DNA of 63,318 bases, filler included, from Octopus bimaculoides (Eukaryota): the NCBI RefSeq assembly GCF_001194135.2. It is 5 parts of 5 records of this genome, joined end to end, with 100 filler letters (N's around TTAATTAATTAA, not from the genome) between each part and the next. Parts side by side here need not be neighbours in the genome. Positions count along the whole stretch, not along the records: positions 1 to 25,801 come from NC_068999.1; positions 25,902 to 34,959 come from NW_026378968.1; 3 more parts are not named here. One strand, given 5' to 3'. Numbering within the stretch: the stretch's first letter is position 1; every line of letters starts with the position of its first letter. A program made the position numbers and the translations under genes. The notes beneath the pieces are model-generated. The model saw nothing but the letters and a program-made list of their open reading frames with translations. It was not told the origin of the DNA and searched no databases. Below, piece by piece: positions 13,112-28,280 of the stretch.

Positions 13112-13658
13112 CGAGGGTGAGTAAAAAGGATTGCCATTTTGTTTAGGACAGGCATAATTACCAACACAGGAACACGTATCATACATCAAAATGAAGTTGG
13201 TCCTCTGTGGATCACATCCCTACTTCTGAACATAGTCACCGTTTCTCTCAATAGCAATGTTCCACCTTCGAATGAGAACATGTATCCCTGCCCCGTTAAA
13301 TTTTGTTGACTGTTCTTTGAGCCACTTCTCCTCTACAGTTTTCACTTCCTCGTCACTGGACTATCATCTCTTCGACTCCATGAAAGAGGTTTTGAGAGGC
13401 AAACATTATTCCAGTGACGAGGAAGTGAAAACTGTAGTGAAGAAGTGGTTCAAAGAACAGTCAACAGAATCTACGGGGCAGGGATACAGACTCTCATTCG
13501 CAGGTGGAACATTGCTATTGAGAGAAACGGTGACTATGTTGAGAAGTAGGGATGTGATCCACAGAGGACCAGCTTCATTTTGATGTAAGATACATGTTCC
13601 TGTGTTGGTAATTATACCTTTCCTAAACAAAATGGCATTACTTTATGACTCACCCTCG
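13112..13658. mobile_element. Mariner-derived palindromic (fold-back) non-autonomous element
   Basis: TA|CGAGGGTGAGT...ACTCACCCTCG|TA termini with TA flanks. About 250-bp inverted arms (13112-13360 / 13410-13658). Spacer plus right arm encode a mariner transposase C-terminus (DYHLFDSMKEVLRGKHYSSDEEVKTVVKKWFKEQ...). Confidence 0.9.
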
Positions 13659-14287
13659 TATGTGATCAATCGATCGGCTGGAGATAGAGGGGAAAGCTTC
13701 CTCAAAATACAGCATTTCTTCTTAAAACTAAGGATACACTGGGTTATGTTGTCCTAGACGTATAATATCCAAATATGGAAGAACTTTGATCATCGATCTG
13801 TCCAATTTGGTTTAACTTAGGTCAAGAGAGCAACAATATTTATTACATATATAAATGTGATAATGTAACAATAATATCATATAATAAAATAAATATGAAA
13901 AGATAAATGACCTCAATTAAAGGATAAATGATAGATTGAGAGATTAATATTATGATAATGGGTAATAACGCTAAGAAACAACATGGCTGAACACACATAC
14001 ACTCACACACGCACACACACTCACAGACAATCACACATATATATGTATATACTATATATATAATAAAAATGTATGTAATGTACTTGCGTGTCACTCTCTC
14101 ACTCTCTCATTCTCTCTCCACAAATTATGAATATGTATGTATATGTATATATTTGTCTACATAAATAGGTGTGTGTGTATACATATACGTGAATATATAT
14201 GTGCTTACTGTATGTAAATAAGTATATATATAAATATATAAATATAAGTGTGTGTGTATATATGTTTGTGTATGTATATATATATAT

Positions 14288-15110
14288 GCATATCAGGGTA
14301 CAGGACGTTAGAACAATGAACTACAGACAACGGAACGAATACATAGGAAAACGGAAAGCCACTTGGAATATTCCTTCATCAGCTGTCTCTATTCTAACCT
14401 GACGTTTCGAAGATAAGATAGATAGATAGATANNNNNNNNNNNNNNNNNNNNNNNNNNNNNNNNNNNNNNNNNNNNNNNNNNNNNNNNNNNNNNNNNNNN
14501 NNNNNNNNNNNNNNNNNNNNNNNNNNNNNNNNNNNNNNNNNNNNNNNNNNNNNNNNNNNNNNNNNNNNNNNNNNNNNNNNNNNNNNNNNNNNNNNNNNNN
14601 NNNNNNNNNNNNNNNNNNNNNNNNNNNNNNNNNNNNNNNNNNNNNNNNNNNNNNNNNNNNNNNNNNNNNNNNNNNNNNNNNNNNNNNNNNNNNNNNNNNN
14701 NNNNNNNNNNNNNNNNNNNNNNNNNNNNNNNNNNNNNNNNNNNNNNNNNNNNNNNNNNNNNNNNNNNNNNNNNNNNNNNNNNNNNNNNNNNNNNNNNNNN
14801 NNNNNNNNNNNNNNNNNNNNNNNNNNNNNNNNNNNNNNNNNNNNNNNNNNNNNNNNNNNNNNNNNNNNNNNNNNNNNNNNNNNNNNNNNNNATATAATAC
14901 AAAGAATATATATACATGTATACACACATATATGTACATACTTACATCTACATGTGTATATATATATATGCATATCAGGGTACAGGACGTTAGAACAATG
15001 AACTACAGACAACGGAACGAATACATAGGAAAACGGAAAGCCACTTGGAATATTCCTTCATCAGCTGTCTCTATTCTAACCTGACGTTTCGAAGATAAGA
15101 TAGATAGATA
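14288..15110 (-). repeat. Two near-identical 145-bp direct copies (14288-14432, 14966-15110) of a putative PLE-terminal repeat, separated by a gap
   Basis: Identical gcatatcagggtacaggacg...ttcatcagctgtctc...cctgacgtttcgaagataagataga in both. Confidence 0.75.
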
Positions 15111-15127
15111 GATAGATAGATAGATAA

Positions 15128-15162
<35 letters not shown>

Positions 15163-15174
15163 CGTATGCTCCCC

Positions 15175-15500
15175 TACTTGCTTCGGTCCTTGGACTGCGG
15201 CCATACTCAAGCACCTTCCTAAAGAGCTTAGTCGAGGAAAATCGACTCCAGTACTTATCTTTAGACTTGGTGCTTACTACGCCGGTTACATTTTGCCGAA
15301 CCCCTAGGTTATGAGAACGTACACAAACCAACAGCGGTTGTCAAGAAGTGTTGGCGGGCGGTCAAACACAAGCACAAACACACTCACGTGAAGATTTGGT
15401 TGGCCCGGGACCATAAATGGAAGACACTTGGCCACGGTGTGTCGCAGTGGGATTGAACTCATGACCATATGGTTGGCAGGTAAGCTTCTTACCACACAGC
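15175..15500 (-). mobile_element. Same CORE-like SINE, degenerate or partial
   Basis: Reverse match to head and tail segments of the 4861 copy. Confidence 0.7.
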
Positions 15501-16399
15501 CATGATTCTCTGTGTGTGTGTGTGTGTGTGTCTGCGTTTATGTGCGTGTGTGTGTGTGTATGTGTGATGCTTTAAAATTTTTTATACTGAGTTTCCCGTA
15601 ACCGCTTATTCACACGACTATTTAAATAATCATCGTCGACCGGAAACTCAAAACAATGATTCAAGAACCTTCAGTTTCTACGTAAATTATACAAACTCCG
15701 TACATAGAGTACTTTTTGTCTGTTTATAAACAAGTATGCCCACACCCAAACACACACACATATAATATAATATTATATTGAATTATATTACATTATATTA
15801 CATTATAATATATTGTATACAAGGTTACTAATATGTCAGATCTACTTTAAATATTTAATTTTATTGTAACATGTTAAAACTGACAAGATGACAGTTATCG
15901 TTAGTAATAGATCTACATGAAAAAGCGATTCCGTTGTATATTTATTACATTTGAGAAATAATGTCTTTATTAATGTAAACAGGTACATAATTAGATAAAA
16001 TTTGTATTATGTAAACAACAAATTACTTTCTGCAATTTGACATGTTATAAAGGAAAATGGCGGACTTTTAGAGCATTTTCGTTTATATACTCTGTATAAC
16101 TTCTATCTCGTGTATATTTCGTGTAAATCGCTCTTAGCTGATCATCTCCCTTTGACCGCAAAGGAAAAACTATTTTCACTGTAGCTCTGGCGTAAGAAAT
16201 TTTATAGTGGACAAAATTGAATGGACTAAAGGCAGACATCTTCCTTTTGCGGTTGAAACAGTGTTTTTCTAATGTCTGCGAGCGCAAACCTCTGCCAAGG
16301 CAACACCAACGTCCTCTCAACGATGAACCAGGGATGATTTTAAAATGAAAATATCTGAAGTGAATTCGACTGCTCTAACAAATGAGAACACTTAAAATT

Positions 16400-16635
16400 A
16401 ACCCGATCGCTCTCAAAAATTAAGTAAAAACAGCTGGAAAAATAATCTAGAATCCTTATCCAGTACCGGCTCGATCCCAAAATCTAATCAGTTTGTCCTA
16501 GTCACGAGGCCAAACATCCCTGAAAGTTTCATTCGAATACCTCCAGCGATTCTTAAGACATCTTGTCCATGGACAAATAAACAAACCAATAAACATGACT
16601 GCATGCAATATCTCTACCTTCGCTAAGGCAGATGT
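16400..16635 (-). mobile_element. Helitron/Helentron-associated non-autonomous (HINE/DINE-1-like) fragment
   Basis: ttattacatctgccttagcgaaggtag hairpin start, gtttgtttatttgtcc, atgaaactttcagggatg...ctgattagattttggg pattern. Family assigned by recall only. Confidence 0.5.
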
Positions 16636-16837
16636 AATAAACTTTTTCGTAAAATTCTGCAATTATCCAGTTAAGTCTTGACACGAGCCAGATCCTGACT
16701 ACAAGCCGAATATTTTATATTCAAGCTTTATGTGTTCGTTTGAAATCCCAGAAATAACAAGTCTCTCACAAAGCGCACACGCTATTGTCTTCAAATATAA
16801 ATAACACATTGAATAATGTCATTATTTATAAAGTGAG

Positions 16838-17085
16838 AATTTACAAAAAAGAAAGAAGAAAAAAAAACACAAGACGAAGACGGGTGTTTAAGCAACAAAC
16901 AGATGTATTAGTTTAGCGCTCGGGAAGTGAGAAAGTCTTTTACGTTTCGGGCCTATGCTCTTCAACAGAAAGGAACACAGAAATAAACAGGGAGAGATCT
17001 ATCATGGCGAATGCCGACAGAAGGGTCACACAGGAGAGCTAGGAAGAAGGGGAGATAATAAAATATGGTGATCCCAAAACGAAGG
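16838..17085 (-). mobile_element. Copy C of a hammerhead-like motif-bearing repeat (putative PLE terminal repeat; probably extends to about 17600)
   Basis: Aligns with 27172-27445 and 40973-41165. Motif CTTT-CTGTTGAA-GAGC-ATAG-GCCC-GAAAC-GTA-AAAG at 16972-16937. Confidence 0.75.
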
Positions 17086-17942
17086 TGCGCGTGCGTGTGT
17101 ATGTGAGAGTGTGTATGTGCGTGGAAGGGGGCTAGTGACCTTGACGTGTGCGTGTGTGCGTGTGCATGTGTGGGTGTGTGAATGATGGTGTAGATGCTTG
17201 GAAGTGGTCAGTGCTAGTATGTGCACTGGCGTGGGTGCTGGGAAATGGTCAGTGCTAGTGTGTGCGGGGTGGTGTGATGTGGTGTGGTGCGGTGGTTTTG
17301 GGGTGTGGGGATGCGAGAGTGGGGGAATCAAGGGTGACTATCTAAGGGATGGGGTGGGTTGGAATGGGATTATCGGGATGGTGGCGTTGGAATGAGAAGG
17401 GGTGGGGTAACGAGGGAGGGGGTGACGATGAACGGAGAGGGTGGAAGGAAGAAAGTGGGGGGGGGGTAGGATTGAAGAGAGGAAGTAGGTGCCAGAGCAA
17501 GAGAGGAGAGGTGGGTGGGAAGAAGTAGGTGTGAGAGGAAAAAAGGAGAGAGGGTCAAATCTGGAACATCTTTGGCCACAGAATTTCTCACTCTGGGCTG
17601 ATATAAAGCAGTATTAGCTACAGCAATCTGCTATAGATTTTTCCTTCTGTCCTTCTATCTATAATAAATACTAGCTGCAACTATGCTGCATCATATAGCA
17701 AACTATACTTCAGCAAACAAGTAGCATTAGATGAAGTTTTTTTTATTACCAGCAAATAAACTGACCTCGGCAGCGCTAAATTCTATTGTCCTCTTCATTA
17801 GATGGCATTCATATCGTGTCTTCGATATCCCATACTGATAAATTGTAGCTGATAACCAACACCAATAGCACACACTGAATGATATGATACAACGCTGGCT
17901 ATCAGGTCTTTGACATGCTGTGCCGTAATTAATATGGCTTAC

Positions 17943-18069
17943 CTGAGACGAATTTTTGACGAGTATATCGTCAGAGATAAATTGTCTCCTGATGTATCTA
18001 TAAATCGAATTGAATTGATATTCCATGCAAACATCATAATTCGGCTCTGAAACAAACAAGTTTGGATGG
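17943..18069 (-). other. Candidate spliced exon (127 bp), product unknown
   Basis: Acceptor tttcttgtttcttctatgtaattgttcag and donor cag|gtaagc. Two frames are open, e.g. HPNLFVSEPNYDVCMEYQFNSIYRYIRRQFISDDILVKNSSQ. No recognisable domain. Confidence 0.35.
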
Positions 18070-18129
18070 CTGAACAATTACATAGAAGAAACAAGAAACA
18101 TAAATTTCTATTAGGCGTAAACATGGCTA

Positions 18130-18530
18130 TCTAGATAAGAAACTCGCTTTGCAATCACGTAGGTTTCGAGTTCAATGCTGCTTCGTGTTACCCTGGGTAA
18201 ATGCCTTCTACTATAGCCACGGGTCGCCCAAAACCTTGTTAGTGAATGTGGCTGATAGAAACTGTGAGGAAGCCTGCCGTACGTATGTGTGTGAATGTGT
18301 ACCTATGTGAATGTGTGTGTGTCTGTGTTTGAATGAGAGTGTGTATGTGTGTATGTGCTTTTTTGTCTGTTCCACCCAGAATCGTTTGATAACCGGTTTG
18401 GGTTTGTTTACATCCCCATAAACAGACCGACAGAATAAATACCGGGGTCGGTTTGTTCGATTAAACCTTTCAAAGTGGTACCCCAGCTTGACCACCGTCC
18501 AATGAGCGAAGCAAGTAAAAGAATGAAAGA
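18130..18530 (+). mobile_element. Same CORE-like SINE, degenerate
   Basis: ccttctactatagccacggg...gaagcaagtaaaagaatgaaaga. Confidence 0.7.
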
Positions 18531-18545
18531 TAGAACGATACTTAC

Positions 18546-18646
18546 AAAGAAGATTTATCGATGTGGTGGTCGTTCAAATTGCAAGAGTTAACTTTTATAA
18601 TCAGGAGGAAAGGCAGTGTCCAACATTTGTTCCATGCCCTCTGATA
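18546..18646 (-). other. Candidate spliced exon (101 bp), product unknown
   Basis: Acceptor ttccttccttcctctcgccag and donor ttt|gtaagta. One open frame, phase-compatible with the 18069-17943 candidate. Confidence 0.25.
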
Positions 18647-19229
18647 CTGGCGAGAGGAAGGAAGGAAGGAACGAAGGAAGTTATCTTCCAGCTAGAAACT
18701 TAACCCTAACACTTGCAATAGAGTGGACTCCGCTGAAGCCGCTAAACCAATTACAGTATCATCATTTTGATTCTGGAACAATTGACTAATTGCTTAATTT
18801 CTACAATAATATTCTCGAAAGTGTCCCAACATTTATAGAAAGTAGGATATGATTGAAGAGGCATTTTGGTATTATTTCTAACAGATCCAGTGACCACTGG
18901 CCATCTAACAGCTGAAATAGGAAAATAGCTGATGCAAGAAAAAATTTTAAAACAGATTACAGTTTTCCAAACATGGCGTGTTTCCTAACAACTGAGAAAA
19001 AAATGTTTATGGCGGTTAATGGTTGTATTTCTGCATATATACACGTATATATAAGTGAGAATAAAAGACAGAGAATGGGAGAATGGGGGAGAGAGAGGGG
19101 GGAGAGAAAGTGATAAAGAGAGAAATATGACGGAATGCGAGAAGGGAGAAAAGTGATGTGGGGGGGGGGAGTGAAAGTAGAAAGTCATGGAAAATTGAGA
19201 GAGCATTAGGTCTTGTTTCTTAAGATGGA

Positions 19230-23240
<4,011 letters not shown>

Positions 23241-24837
23241 ACACGTGCGCGTTTATGTTTGTAATTGCTTGCGTGCTCATCCGAATATTCCAGAGGAGAC
23301 AACACATATTTACGAAACCAGAATCCTGATAAGTGTGAGAGCCCCCCGCCCTCGAAACGATGTACAGTGATTATAGAACGATATTATATATTACAGATGT
23401 GAGTATTACTAATTGCAATCAGGAAATAATCCACGAACGCCATACATGCATACATAGACATGCAACACACATAACATCCATCCATCCATACATACATACA
23501 TACATACATACAGTTATGTATAAGCATGAAAATTCCAGCAATATATAAGCGATTCTGATACCCGAATTAACAGATGTGTCGTTCTGTTTCGATAAAGTAA
23601 CATAAGATTTCCTTCCGTCGTTTCTCATCCCGAATTTCTATTTCAAAAGCCCGTCACTTCCAGTTGGAAATGTAACTGAAGTCGATAGACGCCGATCCAA
23701 TTCATCTCTAATCCAGACAACGATATGGCTGTTTTATAGTGGATTATTGGGTTATTTAATTACTTAATTAATTAAATAATTTGCTTGCAAGGGGTATCTA
23801 CATATATATATATATANNNNNNNNNNNNNNNNNNNNNNNNNNNNNNNNNNNNNNNNNNNNNNNNNNNNNNNNNNNNNNNNNNNNNNNNNNNNNNNNNNNN
23901 NNNNNNNNNNNNNNNNNNNNNNNNNNNNNNNNNNNNNNNNNNNNNNNNNNNNNNNNNNNNNNNNNNNNNNNNNNNNNNNNNNNNNNNNNNNNNNNNNNNN
24001 NNNNNNNNNNNNNNNNNNNNNNNNNNNNNNNNNNNNNNNNNNNNNNNNNNNNNNNNNNNNNNNNNNNNNNNNNNNNNNNNNNNNNNNNNNNNNNNNNNNN
24101 NNNNNNNNNNNNNNNNNNNNNNNNNNNNNNNNNNNNNNNNNNNNNNNNNNNNNNNNNNNNNNNNNNNNNNNNNNNNNNNNNNNNNNNNNNNNNNNNNNNN
24201 NNNNNNNNNNNNNNNNNNNNNNNNNNNNNNNNNNNNNNNNNNNNNNNNNNNNNNNNNNNNNNNNNNNNNNNNNNNNNNNNNNNNNNNNNNNNNNNNNNNN
24301 NNNNNNNNNNNNNNNNNNNNNNNNNNNNNNNNNNNNNNNNNNNNNNNNNNNNNNNNNNNNNNNNNNNNNNNNNNNNNNNNNNNNNNNNNNNNNNNNNNNN
24401 NNNNNNNNNNNNNNNNNNNNNNNNNNNNNNNNNNNNNNNNNNNNNNNNNNNNNNNNNNNNNNNNNNNNNNNNNNNNNNNNNNNNNNNNNNNNNNNNNNNN
24501 NNNNNNNNNNNNNNNNNNNNNNNNNNNNNNNNNNNNNNNNNNNNNNNNNNNNNNNNNNNNNNNNNNNNNNNNNNNNNNNNNNNNNNNNNNNNNNNNNGCT
24601 TCCCACAGTGTTGCCAAAAGAATTCTGAGAATAATATTCGTCGTATTTTATAACACATTTGATCTGGAACATGGAGCTTCATCAGAGTGAAGAAAATTAC
24701 ATAAAATAAAATAAAATAAAAGAAGAGGAACTTCGAGAGGAGGAGTGAAGGCTTACCCTAACCACTAAGCCACGCGCCTTCACATACATACATACATACA
24801 TACATACATACATACATAGAGAGTGTCTTGAAATAGA

Positions 24838-25355
24838 CTTAGAAAATCTCTCTTCTATGGAATACATTCATAAGCACCAACTATTCCCATCAAAACGTCT
24901 GTCAAATGTAAACATAATAGGCCGCATATTGTTGTTTGGAACAGAGGAGCAAAGATACGTACCATTATAGAGGTCAGCTGCCCTGCAGATATAAATATCT
25001 CTTTGAAAATCTAAGAAAAAGAGGATATCTATGGATAAATGCTTCGAAACCTTCAGCTTCTATATTCAGTCTATGAAGTCATATTCATACCAATAATAAT
25101 TGGAGCACTAGGTTTTGTTAGTAAATGCTTAAAGGAGTATCTGGATAAACTGGGATTTTCAGAAAGAGAAACTGACCGGCTGATTCTTTCATTACAAGTG
25201 CAATCTGTGAGTGGAACAGTAAAAATATGCAAGACTTTTCTCAAGTTCCAAATGTGAATTTGTCTGTTTTAACTACATCCCAAAGATGGAGCCTTGTATC
25301 TTTGTTGGAAACCGGCTCCCTCCTCAGTGGAAGATTTAGGATAATTAGAAAATAG
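24838..25355 (+). mobile_element. RLE-type LINE 3' fragment (third family)
   Basis: NRPHIVVWN...IIEVSCPAD (decayed PD..D nuclease motif)...FIPIIIGALG...LQVQSVSGTVKICKTFLKFQM*. Confidence 0.75.
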
Positions 25356-25768
25356 AAGTAACTAAATATATACAAACATATATAGATACATACATACATA
25401 CATACACACTTATATACATAGATACCAGCACACACACATACATAAATGCATACATATACACACGCATATATATATATATATATATACACATACTACGAGT
25501 GTGCGTGAGTGATTTTGCTTGTCTCCCTAATAATGGGACCTTGTGCTTTGACCGAGACTTGTTACGTGTCTGTGTGTGTGTTTGACTTCCCATCTGTCTT
25601 ATCCCAGATATTTTTTTTACTGTTGCTGTTGATTGCTTATCAGTGTGTATTCGTGTGCAGTGTGGAGGGATGTTTGTGTCTATGAATGGTATGAAATGAG
25701 GTTTCCGTGTATGTGTATGTGTCCGTGTGTAAGTGTGTGTGTGGAGGGTAAGTGCGTACATGTGTGTT

Positions 25769-25799
<31 letters not shown>

Positions 25800-26264
25800 A
25801 TNNNNNNNNNNNNNNNNNNNNNNNNNNNNNNNNNNNNNNNNNNNNTTAATTAATTAANNNNNNNNNNNNNNNNNNNNNNNNNNNNNNNNNNNNNNNNNNN
25901 NAATATATCATCACACATAGATATTTTTTCACTTATGCATGCACACACACGCGCACACGCACATTAACTAATTACTCATACTCTCTCTCCCTTTCCTTTG
26001 GTCACTCTCTCTCTTTTTCCTTCTCTTGTTTTTTTTTTCTGCCTACATAACTAAGTGTCTCGTTTACATCAGCACACTTGTTTCTGGCCTCTTCCGTGTA
26101 CCTCCCCCACTCTCTCTCTCTCTCACTCACTCTCCCTCTTTCTCAATAGTTAATCATGTACCTCCTCTATAGCAATGTGTTTAGCATTTGGAAGGGCATT
26201 CAGCTGTGAAAATCATGCCAAATCTAACCTCACCTTTACTAATACCACATGAAAAGCCCTATGT

Positions 26265-26445
26265 CCACTCTGTTGGGTGGTTGGTGTTAGGAAAGATATC
26301 CAGCCATAAAATTCCTGCCAAAATAAATTCAGTAGCCTAGGGTAGTTTTTCTTCCTGACTGGGTCCTGTGAACTGTCCTACTCATGCCATGTACGGAAAA
26401 TGGACGTTAAACGATCATGTTGATTAAGATGATGATGATGTTAAA
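26265..26445 (+). mobile_element. Degenerate RTE-type 3'-terminal fragment
   Basis: gtggttggtgttaggaaag...ggaaaatggacgttaaacg followed by gatgatgat. Confidence 0.6.
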
Positions 26446-26644
26446 GTAAGGAGAGAGATATTGAGTTATATTACATCCCTGAATGTATAACTGAGTGAGT
26501 GTCATGTCTGGAAAACATTTGTCATACATCTGCTGATCAGTCCTAATCTTAGACTGAAGTTCACCAGGCTCATACACATGGAATTGCATATCCTCTCTCT
26601 CTCTCTCTATCTATCTCTCTCTCTATCTATCTCTCTCTCTTTCT

Positions 26645-27138
26645 CTTCCTTTCACTAGACTATCCCGTGCATTCCTCTCTGAATATGTCTTCGTATTGTC
26701 TGTAATATGCAGTAAAGGTAGTTCCTTCATCCGGTTTGTAGTGCAATTCTTCGATGGAATTTGCAACACCGTCCACTGAAAATGATTCTGTCGTATTTCT
26801 CGAATGCGGTAACAATTCTGTTAACTTCCTCAGTTGCTGCTCTTGTTGTTTTACAACTGTTTTCAGTAACTCTTCCATTTCAGTACTATTCGAAACCTCG
26901 TCGCCACTGTTATATCACACATTTGGACGGCGTGCTTTCCCTGATGACATACCTTCGCTCAACTAATAAACTCTCAGCCTTCAAACTCTTCACTACTGAA
27001 TACTCAACCTTTGACATTCCGCCCTCCGAACAACCCTTACTGGCTATCACATCCACTATTTATACGTAGTGGACTAGCCTACTTTTCGTCTGGGGGCATC
27101 CACACAACAGGTACTTTCCCATAAATTCTCATAAGACA
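26645..27138 (-). mobile_element. Gypsy/Ty3-type LTR retrotransposon fragment: 5' LTR (27138-26908), PBS (26906-26896), truncated gag (26878-26660)
   Basis: LTR TGTCTTAT...ATATAACA with TATAAATAG. PBS TGGCGACGAGG lies 1 nt after the LTR. Gag-like MEELLKTVVKQQEQQL...SIEELHYKPDEGTTFTAYYRQYEDIFREEC, then a stop and a (CT)n tract. Confidence 0.85.
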
Positions 27139-27171
27139 TTATATATATGTGTATCATTATCATCATCACTT

Positions 27172-27445
27172 TTTCGTTTTGGGATCACCACCATTTTATC
27201 ATCTCCCCTTCTTCCTAGGTCTCCTGTGTGACCCCTCTGTCTGGCATTCGCCATGACAGATCACTAGCCACTGAACCTTTTTCCATTTTCTCTTCCTATT
27301 TATTTCTATGTTCCTTTCTGTCAAAGTGCATAGGCTCGAAACGTAAAAGACTTTTTCACTTGCCGAGCATTGAACTAATACATCTGTTTGTTGTTTACAC
27401 ACCCATCTTTGTCTTTTGTTTTTAGTAGTTTCTCACTATATATGT
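27172..27445 (+). mobile_element. Copy A of the hammerhead-like motif-bearing repeat
   Basis: Motif at 27314-27349 (ctttctgtcaaagtgcataggctcgaaacgtaaaag). Shared flanks gcattcgccatga and ctaatacatctgtttgttg. Ends at (TA)n. Confidence 0.75.
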
Positions 27446-27454
27446 ATATGCATA

Positions 27455-27487
<33 letters not shown>

Positions 27488-28280
27488 NNNNNNNNNNNNN
27501 NNNNNNNNNNNNNNNNNNNNNNNNNNNNNNNNNNNNNNNNNNNNNNNNNNNNNNNNNNNNNNNNNNNGAACTAATACATCTGTTTGTTGTTTACACACCC
27601 ATCTTTGTCTTTTGTTTTTAGTAGTTTCTCACTATATATGTATATGCATATATTTAAATATATAATTATTTGTTTTAAAAAACTGCCTTCTCACATTCCA
27701 TTACAGGTTTCTCAAAAGCTCATTTACTGGACCTTTCCACAAACACTTTCATACTATAAATTAGTGACCACACTCACTAAATACTCTTCAAATATTCATT
27801 CTTCATAGAATCAAAGGGTTTTCAATATGTCTTTCATCACTGCATGATGAAGCATTCGCAGCCACATTCCTTACAAATTGTACAATACTTTCTTAAAATA
27901 CGTAAGAACAAACCAGATCTTTGAATCCTGAATGTACAATTTGGTAGAAGTATCACAGCCAGAAAACCTTTCTCGTTGGTGTATGACGAACACTAATCTT
28001 AATTATGCAACTTAACTGCAAAGGACACAAATGCACGCTCATTTGTATATACTCACACACAATCACACACACACACACACAATCACACACACACACACAA
28101 TCACACACACACACAATTACACACACACACAATCACACACACACACACACAATCATACACACACACACACACACAATCACACGCACAAAATATAGTGATA
28201 TATCAGGTTATCCCATAAGTTCTGTCTGATTTTACCTTTTTTAAAATTGAATGAAATTTAATAGTATTTTAGAATGTCTA

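Noticed and set aside
16045-16320. 91-aa minus-strand ORF with downstream AATAAA, overlapping a plus-strand AAAATGGCGG (YY1-like) motif
   Set aside because: No ATG start, convincing acceptor or recognisable domain. AATAAA is common in AT-rich DNA, and the same YY1-like 10-mer also occurs near 6745 without promoter context.
17090-17590. G-rich tract with G-quadruplex potential and Pro/His-rich antisense ORFs
   Set aside because: Best explained as the pyrimidine-rich upstream part of the adjacent hammerhead-bearing repeat; the ORFs are low complexity.
25846-25857. TTAATTAATTAA islands inside N-runs (also 35004-35015, 56312-56323, 61871-61882)
   Set aside because: An identical 12-mer centred in roughly 100-bp gaps, with stops in all six frames: a scaffolding linker, not biology.
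27567-27660. Direct duplications across small gaps (also 55178-55256)
   Set aside because: Identical sequence on both sides of a gap indicates unmerged contig overlap.
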